From positions 280,302,001 through 280,366,000 of the forward strand of contig OZ024740.1 in NCBI GenBank assembly GCA_964016885.1: a stretch of 64,000 nucleotides of DNA, in the 5' to 3' direction. The DNA comes from Eledone cirrhosa (lineage: Eukaryota). Every line of letters starts with the position of its first letter. Position 1 is the stretch's first letter. Below the pieces are notes generated by a model. The model was not told the DNA's origin. It saw nothing but the letters and a program-made list of their open reading frames with translations, and made no database searches. The position numbers and the translations under genes were made by a program. Below are positions 13,055 through 26,113 of this stretch, one piece after another.

Positions 13055-13600
13055 TCAGGTCATTCTTGAGTGCTACTGGTAACATGTAACCCAGTACAAC
13101 CTGTCACGTGGTCGGGTCGTCGGCGACTAAACCGGCAACCCCACCAAGTTTACTTGGTGAGGAGGGTCATTTTGGACACCCTGCTGGACAAAAAACAAAA
13201 CCTGACAAAGAGCGGAAGAACTCGTAAGAGTCAAACGGCCATCCCAAAGTGTGTAAATATGTGTAAACATATATACATGTTTATATATATGTATATATAT
13301 ATATTTGTATATGTGTATACTAGTATATGTATGCGCGGGGGACATAGAAATAATCGGACTAGATACCCGATCGCGCCGTTAAAACACTGGGAGTGAAGGA
13401 CCCCTAACCGTTGTCAGGGCATTCTTCTAGGAGAAGGCAACTCAGGAAACTGGTATAACTCCGACATAAAACCAGCGGCTCAGTAGTTACCGATGATGTT
13501 GATCCTTTCTTCTTTTCGGGTTATAGCTACTGTCGCTCAGAGAAAGGGATTGGCTCTGTGCACAGTCTTTCCTCACTTTAAAAATATCTTCATCCATAGG
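13055..13600 (-). mobile_element. Non-coding retro-element with (CATA)n tail sharing its 3' end with the LINE at 16650-17190
   Basis: tatgtcaggtca...ctactggtaacatgta..ccagtacaac at 13051-13100 and 16651-16701, each next to (TATG)n. Confidence 0.5.
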
Positions 13601-14533
13601 CATTGCACGATAGCTTAATTGATAATCTAAACTATAATAAAGTAAGGAGTGCGGGACTGCATCCACAATAACTTTTTTTATCTCGTTTGTAAAATAAGTT
13701 CGATTACTTTGAATAAATAATGAATGAATATTACATAATTTATGTACTAAATTTCGTAACTAAATTTCGTATTTATAAATAATTTAAAATTGACTTCTTT
13801 TCAAAGTTAAACATTTCTAGACTTCCGGTATATCGTCGCCACCACCACCACCACTTCAACTACCATATATATAGAAAGGGAGAGTTTGTGATGAGAGAGA
13901 TAGAGTGATTATGACATTCTACACGCTGACGCGTATGATTGTGCACATACATACATCTATATGTATGAGTATATAACTATAATCGCGCAAACACAAACTT
14001 ATAAAAATACACCCTCACGGACATACATTCAGATAAATACACATACTTTCACACAAAAACATTCACACAAACACACACATACAGTCATGATAGCGTTCGG
14101 TGAATTGAAAACGGGAGGGTAAAACAGGTATAACGTTTTATTTATTTATTAACAACACAGTTTAACTCTTTTTTTTCTTAAAACACATTTGTATAAAAAT
14201 TTAATATAATGCTTACAGAACAAAAACACAAACAAATATAATATATATGCTGTAGCTTTCACCCTTACCGCTGCATCCAGGACGTGGGAAGAAGCAAACG
14301 TCACTAACTGTGACGTCCCATTCACACAAATACACATACTTTCACACAAACACATACATACATTCACACAAACCCACAAACACACATTCACACATATACA
14401 TTTACACAAACACACACATACAGTCATGATAGCGTTCGGCGAATTGGAAATGAGAGGGTAAAAGTACAACTTTTTATTTATTTATTAACAACACAGTTTA
14501 ACTCCGTTTTTTTAAAACTCATTTGTATAAAAA

Positions 14534-14986
14534 TCTTAACTATAATAAAGAAAGGAGGGTGGGGTTGCGTCCAGAATATATTTTTTTACCCCGTTTGTAA
14601 ATTAAGTTGGATCACTTTGTATAAATAATGAATGAATATTACATAATTTATGTACTGTACCAGTAATGCACTGGGTAATTGCTGGCCTTGTGCCTAAAGT
14701 AGAAACAGTTATATTATAACACTTATAAAAATATCGCATATATTTCCGTGGTGAATTTTCTCCTAATGCAGTTTATATATAATATCGTCTTTTTTAAAAT
14801 GTATCATGGATTACGTTACTGATTACATAAGACAGTGTAACAGACTTCGTTCAATTTCTGTGTATATTGTCAATTACGATTTTATTTGATATATCATATT
14901 TATATGCATATATATTTGTGTATAATATCAATATACACACTACACATGCTAGCAGAAAACCACCCGAAAGGTAGTTTTTCTGCTAG
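14534..14986 (+). mobile_element. Non-autonomous Helitron, same family
   Basis: A|TCttaactataataaag start; ctagcagaaaaccacccgaaaggtagtttttctgCTAG|T end. Confidence 0.8.
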
Positions 14987-15625
14987 TTTACAGAACGAAA
15001 ACACTAACAAATATATACAAAGGAAAGGGAAAGGAAAAAAAAAAGAAAGGGAAAAAATTCACAAGCACGTAATACTCACATCTTAGACCCCATACAACAA
15101 TATGCAGGCAAAAGAATGGAAAACGAGACGCTACCAGAGCAAAATATAGCAATATAGCGAGGCGCACTGGTAAACCTCTCTAATAATTTTTGAGGCAGGC
15201 CAGCACGCTCGCGGCGTTACCTGGGGTGAGGGCGAGGCTGAGGTGCTGGAACAACCAAGTGCCCTCAGGAGCATCACCAGTTACCTCCGTTTGGCGAGCC
15301 GCCAGTGAAGATAAGAACCTCGCTGTCAGTAGCCCGACTCCCCCAAAACGTCTCAAACGTCACAGGCTGGATAATGTCGTTAGCTGACAGAACACGGTAT
15401 TTTAGGATTTGGTTCCGTTCAGCGGCGGATGCTGTAGCTCTCGCCCTTACCTCTGCATCCAGGATGTGGGAAGAAGCAAAAGAGTGACTAACTGTGACGT
15501 CCCAGGTAAGGCACCTGCCTCTTGACCAGGAGCACAGAGTAAGACCGTCAAGTCTTTTCGCATCAATTCTGGACAACCCAGACAGTTCCAAAATTGAGGG
15601 GATGTTTGCCCGGGCCAAAGCTCTT
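14987..15625 (-). mobile_element. CRE-like RLE/3' fragment; partial duplicate at 14170-14320
   Basis: KRLDGLTLCSWSRGRCLTWDVTV...AAERNQILKY...PVTFETFG. Confidence 0.8.
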
Positions 15626-15814
15626 GAGTGGTAATAGGACAGTGTGTGTATGTGCGCGCGCGAGTTTGTCGGTGTCCTTAAATTAGAGACGTGTGTTTGT
15701 GTGTGTCACTGATTTTAAGTTAGCCATATATGTGTGTATCCCTTTCCTTCCTTTGACACACACATACATTCACACAAACACACATACACATTGCGTGATG
15801 GACAGGTGGACAGA

Positions 15815-16480
15815 AGTCCTTCAAATTTATATACATGTGAATGGAGTTCTACTGGAGCAGTTAGAGAAGTTCAAGTATCTTGGAGCCATGTTCATGAGTG
15901 ATGGAATGCAGGATGCTGAATTAAGTGCAAGAATTGCAAAAGCTGATGCAGTAATGCACCAGCCTCAGCATTCAGCAATCAGAAGAAGGGGGTAGGTGTA
16001 AAAGCCAAACTCGCTGTCTTCCTGGTATTCCTGCCAACTCTTACAGAGGATCATGAATCTTGAGTAATGACCAAAAGAATACAATTACAAATAAAAGCGG
16101 GGAAATGGGATTCCTCCGAGGGTCTTTGGAGTAACGTTACTCAATAGAGTGCATAACTCAGAGACCGGAGAGTCACTCCTGGTAGAGCCGCTACTTTTCT
16201 GAATTGAGAGATCACAACTCCGATATTATGAGCATGTGGTTAGAATGTCTCAGTAAAGAATCGCTGGACACATTTTACAGGTAAAACCAACCGCCAAGAG
16301 ACCCAGAGGTAGACCCTGAGCAAGATAGTTGGATAACATCCATGAGCTTGGCTGGTCACACTTTGGGATCCAGCTGCATCAGTTAGAGATGTTTGCTTCT
16401 GACAGACTCGCTGGAAGGAGTGTTTGAGAAGGACTCTGCCCCCACGACCCTCTCAGAAATAAGTGGGCGAAGAAGAAAAC
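15815..16480 (+). mobile_element. RTE LINE RT C-terminal fragment, decayed
   Basis: LEQLEKFKYLGAMF...ELSARIAKA and RYYEHVVRM...KRPRGRP. Confidence 0.85.
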
Positions 16481-16649
16481 ATTGTCAATTTACTTTTCAA
16501 TTTACATATATATATTTGCGTATAATACAAATATGCACACTACATATGCTAGCAGAAAACCGGCCGAAGGGCGGTTTTTCTGCTAGTTATTAATAATGTT
16601 ATATCGGGCAATGGCCATACTCGATAACGAGGGAAAAGCCATCATGTAT

Positions 16650-17190
16650 GTATGTCAGGTCAGGTCTCTGCCGTCTACTGGTAACATGTAGACCAGTACA
16701 ACTTTCCACTTAACCTTCCTGCTAGACCAGGGTCTACCGAGAAGGTTAAATGGAAACCTAGCAGCTCAAAAACAAGAGCTTGGTTTGTCATCGGACACCT
16801 AGCTGCAAGGATGGAGTGGGTGCTATGTGTGTAACACATAGCGTTGACATCTTTACGTGCAGATATTTCTTCACAAGTCCCACAGCGTTGGAGGAGTGGC
16901 AACGTATGCAGACTCGACAGGTTAGAAGCACGTAGTCACAAATCTTCACGTGGGTGGCTCGAGTCTTATGCTAAGGTGAACATGGTTTGGTGGAATCCTG
17001 AGCGTCTGAGCAGCCTTTTTTTGGGGGATGTACTGCTCATCCATACCGCATGGAGACATCTAGAAAAGGTGACCTAAACAAAGCCTGTTCAGTTATCAAA
17101 CTGACCAGCAGCCTGCAGTTGGTGAGGGTTCATAATAGCAGGGAATTCGTTGAAGAGATGGCCGTCTTCTGTAAAGAAGTGGCAGTTATC
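16650..17190 (-). mobile_element. L2/CR1-like LINE 3' fragment within (TATG)n
   Basis: Weak RT C-terminal resemblance on minus strand; atcatgtatgtatg on both flanks. Confidence 0.45.
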
Positions 17191-17302
17191 ATGTATGTAT
17201 GTATGTATGTATGTATGTATGTATGTATGTATGTATGTATGTATGTATGTATGTATGTATGTATGTATGCATGAATTCCTGCATTATATATATATATATA
17301 TA

Positions 17303-19960
17303 TTTATCAAAATAACAGATTAAAGTTTAAGCAAAGAATCGCTGCTTTCACCCTTAACGGGATCTTCTGAAACGCAGAATTAAATATTTCGAAAAACGTT
17401 GCAACCGAAAGAAAACAAGAAGACGATACTTTGGTTCGTGAAGACGTTCCTTGGCAGAGCACTCTATTGACTTATATCCAGCATGCAGAAACAACACCTG
17501 AATATTTCTACAAAGAACATACCCGTACCTAGCAGGAAGGCATATTTAAAACTTCTTATGCAAAAAACGAATTCGTTCCTTAAAAGGTTGCGTTCCTAAA
17601 AAGGATTCGTTCCTTAAAAGGTTGCCTTTTATTTCGATAACCAGGAAAAAGCGGACAACAAACAGGATAAATTTGGGTTTAAAACTTATAATAACCCTCC
17701 GAACTTTGTTACCTTTCGAAAACGATATTTTGGAACTCATACAGAGTATCAAATTTCGGAACAGGAGCAATTACTTCCAGCAGGACCTGAAGAATAGAAT
17801 TCGTTCTGTTAAGGATTCTAATGCCGTGCACGTCCACTCCGACAAAACTGGTAATCTATATCAAGTGGAGCGCAGTACTTACCATCAACTGCTGCATAAT
17901 GCTGGAACCAAGGATTACCGGAAAACCGATCGGAGTGTCATTAATGACATCAACGATGCTGGGTTTAAAACCACTTCAGAACTCAACATCCAGGACCGGA
18001 CCGAACCACTGGACCCTATTTCTCCCCACTTTACCCTGAAGGATCACAAACCAATTTCGCCAACAAACCTTTTATTCGGCTAATTAACCCTATGAAGTCT
18101 GATTTAGGTAGACTTAGTAAAAAAATCTTAGAAAGAATTATACCTGAAATTAGAAGCTTGGCCCCTCTTGCACTGTGGAATAATTCTTTCGCGGTGATTG
18201 ATTGGTTCAATGGCATATGCAACAAGGAACATTGCCGTTTTATCCAATTTGACATCAACAACTACTACTCCTCCATCACTTTACCACTTCTTCTCAGAGT
18301 TATCAATTTCGCTAAAAAGCTCGCGTTGGTTAAGGATTTCGAAGTTGATGTCATCCTCAATGCCCGTAAGTCGGTGATTAATTTCGACGTCTCTTTTTGG
18401 ATAAAAAATCTAATAGTACCTCATTCGACATGAGTGTGGGCGCCAGCGATTCGGTGGAGGTTACAGGTCTTATCGGCCTTTTCCTTCTTTTCTCTATCAA
18501 GGAAGAATTCCCTAATGTAGGCGTAGGTTTGTACCACGAAGACGGTTTTTTGACCATGACTAAGTGCTATCCCTGCGCTTGCGACAGGTTTAGAAAAGAA
18601 CTCACAGCTTTCTTTAAAGGCGTCAACCTCTCCATACAAGTTGAGGTCAGCCTTTCGGTCGTAAACTACCTCAACGTTACCCTCAATTTGTCGAATGGCT
18701 TGCACTACCCGTATAGAAAGCCGAATGATACGCTTAATTACATAAGTAAGCATTCTAACCATCCTGACAGCATAACCAAGAACCTGGCAAGAAACGTTTA
18801 TTTGAGGCTTTCTTGTCTTTCTAAAAATGAGCATATTTTCACCGACCATTCCACATATTACAATGAAGCTCTTGCTCGGAGTGGATTTGTCGATAAGGTA
18901 GCATATACTAAGTATGAACATAAACCTAGGAAAAATAGATCCTGATGCATTATATGGTATAACCCATCATATAATATGGAGGTGGCCACACCATTAGCTA
19001 AAATATTTCTCTCCTTTATTAAGAAGCATTTATTTCCCCTCAGCACATAAATATAATAACATTTTTTAATAGAAATACCGTTAAAATATCTTACTCCACG
19101 ACCCCTAACTTTGCACATAACATCATTGCTTCAAATTTAGCTAAATTACCTAGTCGTAGTAACACGTGCAATCCTGTAGCTAGTACTAACTAATTGTAGG
19201 AATCTGGTTGATTGCCCTCTATCCAGGAAATGCCTCTCCAGTAACATTGTCTACAAATGTAAGGTCGACACACCACGCCTAGTAGGGCTTACATAGGATT
19301 AACCACCAATAGATTCAAGAAGCGTCTTTACAGGCACACCCATTCTTTTCTTAACTATTTAAGAAGGAATATGACGTCACTTTCAGCTTATATCTGGAGT
19401 CTAAAAGACAACCACACCCAATATAGGTTACACTGGGAGATCCTAGCTAGAGCTAGATCGTATAACGGAAACAAAAGACCATGCGATCTTTGCGCCGCTG
19501 AAGACCTGGAAATACTCTACGCCAATGATCACATCTTAAACAAAAAATCTGAGGCAATTTCGGCTTGTAAACACAAATTGCATAAAACTTTCCTGTATTA
19601 GAGCCCCACATTATACCCTAACGGATATTACGAACAATATGCGGATAATTTACGTCTTGATGTGGTAGTTCAGTATATTTTATGTTTATACCATTACTTA
19701 TTTGTATAGGTAAGTATACCTTACCGGATGTTTGTGGAGGTACGTATACTTTATCGTACGTATATATGTTTGTATATGTTATAGGAGTAAATATATTATA
19801 TATACTGGTATGTGTGTATATGGTTATCTGTATATGTGTATTTCGTTTTTGTGCGTGTATATTTGTATGCGTATATGTGTGTATATGTGTATATGTGTGT
19901 ATATGTGTATATGTATATATGTATTTGTGTATATTTATGTATATATTGTATATTTGTGTA

Positions 19961-20015
<55 letters not shown>

Positions 20016-20150
20016 CTACGTGTGTGTGGGTGTGTTCGCGTGTGTGTGTGGATGTATGGGTATGCGTGTATGTGTATGTACGTGTATTATATTTGTTTTG
20101 CGTGCGTCGATTTATATAGATATGTTTATATATATATGTGGGTGTTTATG

Positions 20151-20160
<10 letters not shown>
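17303..20160 (+). mobile_element. Penelope-like element (Naiad-like, inferred), frameshifted RT + GIY-YIG, inverted pLTR at 5' end
   Basis: PFENDILELIQSIKFR, VHSDKTGNLY, FIQFDINNYYSSI, YPYRKPN, TSLSAYIWSLK, CDLCAAE; closely related to 38347-40441; 17303-17460 matches pLTR at 37540/40575. Confidence 0.9.
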
Positions 20161-20217
<57 letters not shown>

Positions 20218-20219
<2 letters not shown>

Positions 20220-21239
20220 CAACACAATCGGTACAGTATATTAGGTTAACGCTTGATATAGCAGGAAGAGGGTCTTAAAGTTTCGGACGCTAGTCCTTCA
20301 TCAGAAGAAAGAATGAGAAATAAAATAGATTGATGGGACGGGCGGGATGGAATTGGAAAAAATATATATGGATTATCGTTGGGTTTGTGTTTGTGTTGCT
20401 GTATGATCTGTATATGTGTATATATGTGTATTTATGAGTGTGTTTATGTGTACGTGCCTGTATATAGATGTGTGTATGTATATATTTAATTACTATTACT
20501 TTTATGATTTTAATAACTTGTCATTTTCGTTCAACTAATTTATTTACATTATTCTTACGGCCCTTTACTTTCTGAGTTCAAATCCTGTCGAGGTTAACTT
20601 TGCCTTTCATCCTTACGGGGTCGATAAAATAAAGTATCAGTAATACACTGGGATAATTGGTGGCCTTGTGCCAAAAGTAGAAACAATTATTCTTAACTCC
20701 GAAGCCGAGAATCATTCTATTTCCTAAATAGAACATTAGTCTAATGACTCCATTTATACCATAAACGTCGTTTGAGCCTGTGTTTAAAGGAGCTTTTGTG
20801 ATTATACCAGCGCTCCTTAAACGTAGTCGAGGTCGCACCTATATAGGAGTATTCTTTTCTGTCAGCTGTGACATCGCACCGGTAAATAATTCTTTCTACT
20901 TTAGGCACAAGGTCAGCAATTATCCAGTACATTACTGGTACTTTATTTTATCGACCCCGTAAGGATGAAAGGCAAAGTTAACCTCGGCGGGATTTGAACT
21001 CAGACCGTAGACGTAACTATGCTGGAAAGCATGGCGTCCGACTCTCTACCGATACTGCCAATTAATGTGTTTAACAAGGCACTCCCCGTTTAGTGGGCAT
21101 TCCACCCGCTTTTTGCAGTTGCAGTGGAGGTTACAGGTTTGATGGCACGTTGTCGGTTGTTCGTATTCGTATACTGTGTAGAGCTGGCATGTGGGTTGTT
21201 GTGTTGTGTGTTTGGTTTCGTTCTGGGGTGTTCGAGTGG

Positions 21240-21240
<1 letters not shown>
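20218..21240 (-). mobile_element. Deleted PLE derivative (GIY-YIG fragment plus pLTR), interrupted by SINEs at ~20555-20690 (+) and ~20890-21062 (-)
   Basis: CNCKKRVECPLNGECLVKHI[SINE]IYRCDV...YIGATSTTFKERWYNHKSSF; 20218-20370 matches 63445-63605. Confidence 0.8.
20273..20308 (-). ncRNA. Minimal hammerhead ribozyme motif, stem III mutated
   Basis: Minus: TCTT CTGATGA A GGAC tagc GTCC GAAA CTTT AAGA. Confidence 0.65.
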
Positions 21241-21309
<69 letters not shown>

Positions 21310-21469
21310 ATACTTTGGGAGGGTCATGTTGCCAATAAGAAACACATGCACCAGTTGCTTTCACTTCAATTTATTATATATTTATAAATTTATAAATTTA
21401 CAAATCTACAAACTTATAAATTTCTGGTTGGTTGGTTGGTTCCACAACCAGATAGTTGTATATATATAT

Positions 21470-21514
21470 AGTCATAGTCCTTTCGTCACACACTCTGTGA
21501 CCACTTCAGTGACT
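21470..21514 (-). ncRNA. Hammerhead ribozyme motif in pLTR, one core substitution
   Basis: Minus: AGTCA CTGAAGT G GTCACA gagtg TGTGAC GAAA GGAC TA TGACT; 5-bp stem I, 6-bp stem II; the copy at 24949-24986 reads GAAGA and GAAAGCACTA. Confidence 0.7.
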
Positions 21515-21815
21515 GGGGATTCCTTTCTTTGTTTCTGTGCCTTTCCTTTCTTCTATCCTACGCCATTTTGTTTCTGTGTGTGTGTTGTGTGCTCAGTTTG
21601 CGCATGCGCCACATCCGGGTGTCTGTGTGTGTTTGTGTTCATTTATCTATTTGTTTATTTATTTATTTATTTATTGTTGGTTGGTTGTTTGTTCTATGTG
21701 TGTGTGTGTTTTCATTTTGTCCTGTGTGTGTTTTCATTTTGTCCTTAATTGTAAGTTGTTTGTTTTATGTGTGTGTGTGTTTTCATTTTGTCCTGTGTGT
21801 GTTTTCATTTTGTCC

Positions 21816-23471
21816 TTAATTGTAAGTTGTGATGTTGCTGTTCCACTCATATTTTCTATTTAATTTTGGTTGTAATTCTTTTATGCTTACTGCCTCTGTA
21901 ATTTGCCTAAACATTGCATCTTTTCTGTGTGTGGATTCTATTTTTATTTCTATGTTCTCTAATCTACCCCTGTGTTCTATCTTAGCATGTTGGTAGAGCA
22001 CAGATGATTCTTTATTATCTTGAAGGTCTCGCCAGTGTTCATTTATTCGTTCCCCTATACTACGAGCTGTCTCACCTATGTACACTATATTTTTGTTTCT
22101 ACATTGTCCTTCAGTACATCTTATGCTATACACTACATTTCTAGTTTTACAGTTAATATGGGGGCTTATTTTACAGGTTATACATTTCTTATCTATACAT
22201 GAAGGTCTTTGGAACGGGTATTTCTTGCTAATAAGTGTTTTTATGGAGGTACCTGATCTTTCTACTATCTTAATATTGAGTTTATGTTTATTTAGGGCCC
22301 TTCTAAATTTGTAGGCTAGTTCGCCTCTAGGGGTTGTATTGATGAACATTACACTCTGGTATTTATTGCTATCATACCATGAGTTTATTCTATTGGCCTT
22401 GTTCCTAGTTCTTTCTATTCTATTCCAAAATTTGCTCCTATACAAGGGGCAGGTCCCATTTATGTCATTATTTACCATTTTTTTCCATTTGGTTCTGGCT
22501 CCTCTATACACTCTGATTCTATCTCTCTGATTGTAGCCAGAGAACTGCATACGGTGGATGAAGTGTTGTATGTGTCTCTCTAGTTCTTCGGGGTTGCACA
22601 TGCGGGACACATTTCTCATCACCCGTACCAAATCCGCAATCAGTATGTTGATTTTGGTATGGTCCGAAATGGCCGAGTTTCGGTGGATCAGATGTTTGGA
22701 AGTCATGGATTTGGCATAATGGGAATGGAGGATTTGTTTTTGGTTGTTAATGGTATCTAACCAGAGCTCTGTGTCTAGTACAGGTAATCGATGGTTGGGG
22801 TGTTTGCTTGGGTAGTCTATAGTAACTCTAATGCTCTGGTGGATGGAGTTTGCTATTTGCTGGATGCTTTCCATTGTGTTTTTCTCTAGTTCCTGACTGT
22901 TCTTTAGTGGGGGTGTCTTAACTACGATGTTTATATCATCTACGTAGCGGGAGTACATTATCAGGGTTAAGCTGTCTTCTAATTGTTCTTTAAGTTTTTG
23001 TTTAAGTCTACTGTCCCACCATACCATGAATAAGTTAGCTATGTCGCCTGCAATGCTAACACCAATGGCTGCTCCTTCCTCTTGGGCACATGTTTTACCA
23101 TTAAATTTGAACATATGTTCCTTAAGGGTTAATTTTATGCTGGCCCCTACCGCATGTGCAATCATTTTCTTCAGTTCATCGTGGTTTTCGGGTGTCCGTA
23201 TGGCTCTGGTCCACCCGTTCCATCTATCTGTGTGGGTTTTCTTGGCCATTGAGGTAATGGTAGGTGGTCTGCCTCTTGCTGGTCTTGTAGGGCACAGGTT
23301 GCTAAGGTCATAAGTGTCTAGGTAACTATTACTATGGGTAAGCTTAAGTAGAAGTCCCAGCTCACTGGTGTCAATCCCACGGAACTCAACCTTGCTCTCG
23401 CTGATCATTTCTACGCATTTCTCCACAGCAAAATCCATGTCAATAGATGGATACAGGGACACAACATCCAT
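21816..23471 (-). CDS. PLE reverse transcriptase + C-terminal GIY-YIG endonuclease, 551 aa uninterrupted, N-terminus missing
   Basis: MDVVSLYPSI, GAAIGVSIAGDIANLFM, YSRYVDDI, Cys-rich linker, NVVYSIRC...YIGETARSIGERINEH, RQITEA..I...PKLN. Confidence 0.93.
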   Translation of the reverse strand: MDVVSLYPSIDMDFAVEKCVEMISESKVEFRGIDTSELGLLLKLTHSNSYLDTYDLSNLCPTRPARGRPPTITSMAKKTHTDRWNGWTRAIRTPENHDELKKMIAHAVGASIKLTLKEHMFKFNGKTCAQEEGAAIGVSIAGDIANLFMVWWDSRLKQKLKEQLEDSLTLIMYSRYVDDINIVVKTPPLKNSQELEKNTMESIQQIANSIHQSIRVTIDYPSKHPNHRLPVLDTELWLDTINNQKQILHSHYAKSMTSKHLIHRNSAISDHTKINILIADLVRVMRNVSRMCNPEELERHIQHFIHRMQFSGYNQRDRIRVYRGARTKWKKMVNNDINGTCPLYRSKFWNRIERTRNKANRINSWYDSNKYQSVMFINTTPRGELAYKFRRALNKHKLNIKIVERSGTSIKTLISKKYPFQRPSCIDKKCITCKISPHINCKTRNVVYSIRCTEGQCRNKNIVYIGETARSIGERINEHWRDLQDNKESSVLYQHAKIEHRGRLENIEIKIESTHRKDAMFRQITEAVSIKELQPKLNRKYEWNSNITTYN

Positions 23472-23659
23472 ACTGCCTATTATGCAGTTTGTTAGGTCCC
23501 CAGATCAGTTACCCGCGCCGATTCTGCTGAGGAGGTCCTCCGTGCTGTCACATACATCTGGGGACATCTCAATGATGGGACGTATGATCAGGGAGAGGAA
23601 GTAGGACAGTCTGTAGTTACTAGCAATGTTAGCTCCACAGACTGGCCGTGTTGGTGGTT

Positions 23660-24620
23660 ACGTTACGTTACTCCAGTTCTTCTCCATCTGGAGGTCTGGT
23701 CCGAACCAGACCCCGAGCAACTTCACCGGGCCCTCCGTCCAGCGCCCGAATCCACCTCGTCATTCTATAGAGGGCTGGTGGTTAGCAGGTGCGACGACGC
23801 CCTTGGAGAAGCCCTAGGCATGGAGGAAGACGAACTGGCCAACCTGTTTGGTAGGACATTCAGCCCGGGACCCATGGATAACTTCCAGAGGTCCCTGGCC
23901 TGGCAGTGCTACCGAGGGGCTCTGCCCGTTCGAGAAAGGCTCCACAGACACGGGACCCCTCGAAAAAGATCTGTCTCAGATGCGTGTGCGACGAGGAAAC
24001 CGTTGCACACGCATTGGTACACTGCTCGGGCATTGCCGATCTGTGGGGCTATGTCGAACGACTGCTGTCACGGGTGGGACCGATCCGGTTGACCACCGAG
24101 TCTATTGTAACGATCAAGCCGCCTCCTCTCTTCAAAAACGAAGGAGAGGCGGTGTTTCTGTGCGTAATAGCCATGGCGAAAGAGGTTGTATGGTGGACGC
24201 GTCTGAAAGGACTGAGGTCAGACACCTTTCTCTCTGGCCAACAACTGGTCCGTTTCTTCCGATATCATTTCGGAAGAAGGATCAGGATGGAGAGAGAGGT
24301 GCTGCACCCCAGCCGTTTCTATGAAAGATGGGTGAAAGTGGCGAGAATGGCCCGTGTGAATGGGCCTTCACTCTACATCAGACTATAGGTGAGGAAGATG
24401 AAAGATCAAGGGTTGCACACTTTTTTTCGGGGGTGTGTGCGACCCCCCAAGGCTGCTCCTCCCTATTGAGGATTTTGTTATTAAATTTATTTTTGTTATA
24501 TTTCATTTTATTTTTATATCTTGTTATTGCCTCCTCCTTATTGAGGACGCCTTGTTTTGTAAACTCCCTCCTTTGTACTTGTCCCACGTTTTGATGCCCT
24601 GGTGGCAAATAAAAAGAAAG
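23660..24620 (+). mobile_element. Tx1/L1 LINE 3' end (23752-24620 +) preceded by an inverted internal piece (23660-23750)
   Basis: FQRSLAWQCYRGALP, CLRC..DEETVAHALVHC (zf-RVT); AATAAA at ~24608; paralogous to 31300-32163. Confidence 0.9.
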
Positions 24621-24621
24621 T

Positions 24622-24701
<80 letters not shown>

Positions 24702-24979
24702 TCTTTATATATATATATATATATATATTTCGTTTCTGAATTTGTTTAGCAAGATTCTTTATCTGAAATCGTGTGTTGAAACCGATATTGTTATACTTTG
24801 GGAGGGTCATGTTGCCAATAAGAAACACACGCACCAGTTGCTTTCACTTCAATTTATTATATATTTATAAATTTATAAATTTACAAATCTACAAACTTAT
24901 AAATTTCTGGTTGGTTCCACAACCAGATAGTTGTATATATATATATATAGTCATAGTGCTTTCGCCACACACTCTGTGA

Positions 24980-25495
24980 CCTCTTCCAAAGGAATTGGAA
25001 GAGTGCGCGCTCCATTTTGGCGAGCGTTTCCCTTGGGCAAGGCACGGCGGTCAGGCGGTAATAGATGACAGACGCTATATAAGTGTTCGCCACCCCCGCC
25101 CGACCTTTCAGGGACAGTTTGCACTCGGCCCACTTCTGGGTCAGTGCAAACACCCTGTTCGTTACGTTACTCCAGTTCTTCTCCATCTGGAGGTCTGGTC
25201 CGAACCAGACCCCGAGCAACTTCACCGGGCCCTCCGTCCAGCGCCCGACGACGCCATCGGAGGGCATCGATCTACCCCTCCAGGTGCCGAGTTGCAAACC
25301 GATCAACTTGTCCTGGTTCAGCTTAGCTCCTGTAAACCTTTCGTACTTCTCCAGTAAGGTGCCGATCGCCCCGATTTCCGAGGCCGTCGACACCATTACT
25401 GTTACGTCATCGGCGTAGGCCGACACCGCTTTCCGCAATCCCGGTTCCAACAGGATGCCCTGCAACAACTCTAACTTCCGCAGCAGTGGCTCTAG
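24980..25495 (-). mobile_element. Tx1/L1 RT fragment
   Basis: SAYADDVTV...KLLGVWFG...LSLKGRA..ANTYIASVIYY...FLWK. Confidence 0.9.
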
Positions 25496-25499
25496 TCAT

Positions 25500-25638
25500 T
25501 TCATACAGAAGGGAGGAGAGAGGTTACAGCTTTGATGGCATGTTGTCGGTTGTTCGTATTCGTATTCGTATACTGTGTAGAGCTGGCATGTGGGTTGTTG
25601 TGTTGTGTGTTTGGTTTCGTTCCGGGGTGTGCTAGTGG

Positions 25639-25713
<75 letters not shown>

Positions 25714-25765
25714 TAGATAGATATATTTCTTTATTAGCCACAGGGGCACAAAAGAAGACAGAGAA
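25500..25765 (-). repeat. Second copy of PLE segment 21125-21240, (TA)n, and a ~40-bp Tx1 3' terminus
   Basis: 25520-25640 nearly identical to 21126-21240; 25725-25760 is the reverse complement of 32131-32163. Confidence 0.8.
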
Positions 25766-26113
25766 AGTGAGAGAAAGATAGAGTGAGCCGACTTCCATCA
25801 CAAAATTCCTTTAATGGAATTTAGAGAACATCAACTACGCAATTACATTTGTATGTATGTATGTATGTATGTATGTATGTATGTATGTATGTATGTATGT
25901 ATGTATGTATGTATGTATGTATGTATGTATGTATGTATGCATGTATGTATGTATGTACGTATACACCTACGCACGCGTGTATGTAATATGTATATACACA
26001 TGTAGATGAATGAACTCGTGTATAAATGAATGTGTATATTTACATGCTCACACAAAAGTATGCTTGCTATTGGTTATATTTGCCTGGATGTATTCGTCTA
26101 TTCATGACTCAAA

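Larger units (their letters stand above)
13626..16586 (+). mobile_element. Non-autonomous Helitron ends of the 8459 family enclosing nested fragments; pairing of the two ends inferred
   Basis: 5' TCtaaactataataaag...aaataagttcgattactttgaataaat at 13626; 3' ctagcagaaaaccggccgaagggcggtttttctgCTAG|T at 16549-16586. Confidence 0.55.
21305..23660 (-). mobile_element. Penelope-like element, 5'-truncated, with 3' pLTR; second pLTR copy at 24787-24985
   Basis: RT+GIY-YIG ORF followed by 3' UTR and HHR motif; 21305-21500 repeated at 24787-24978. Confidence 0.9.
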
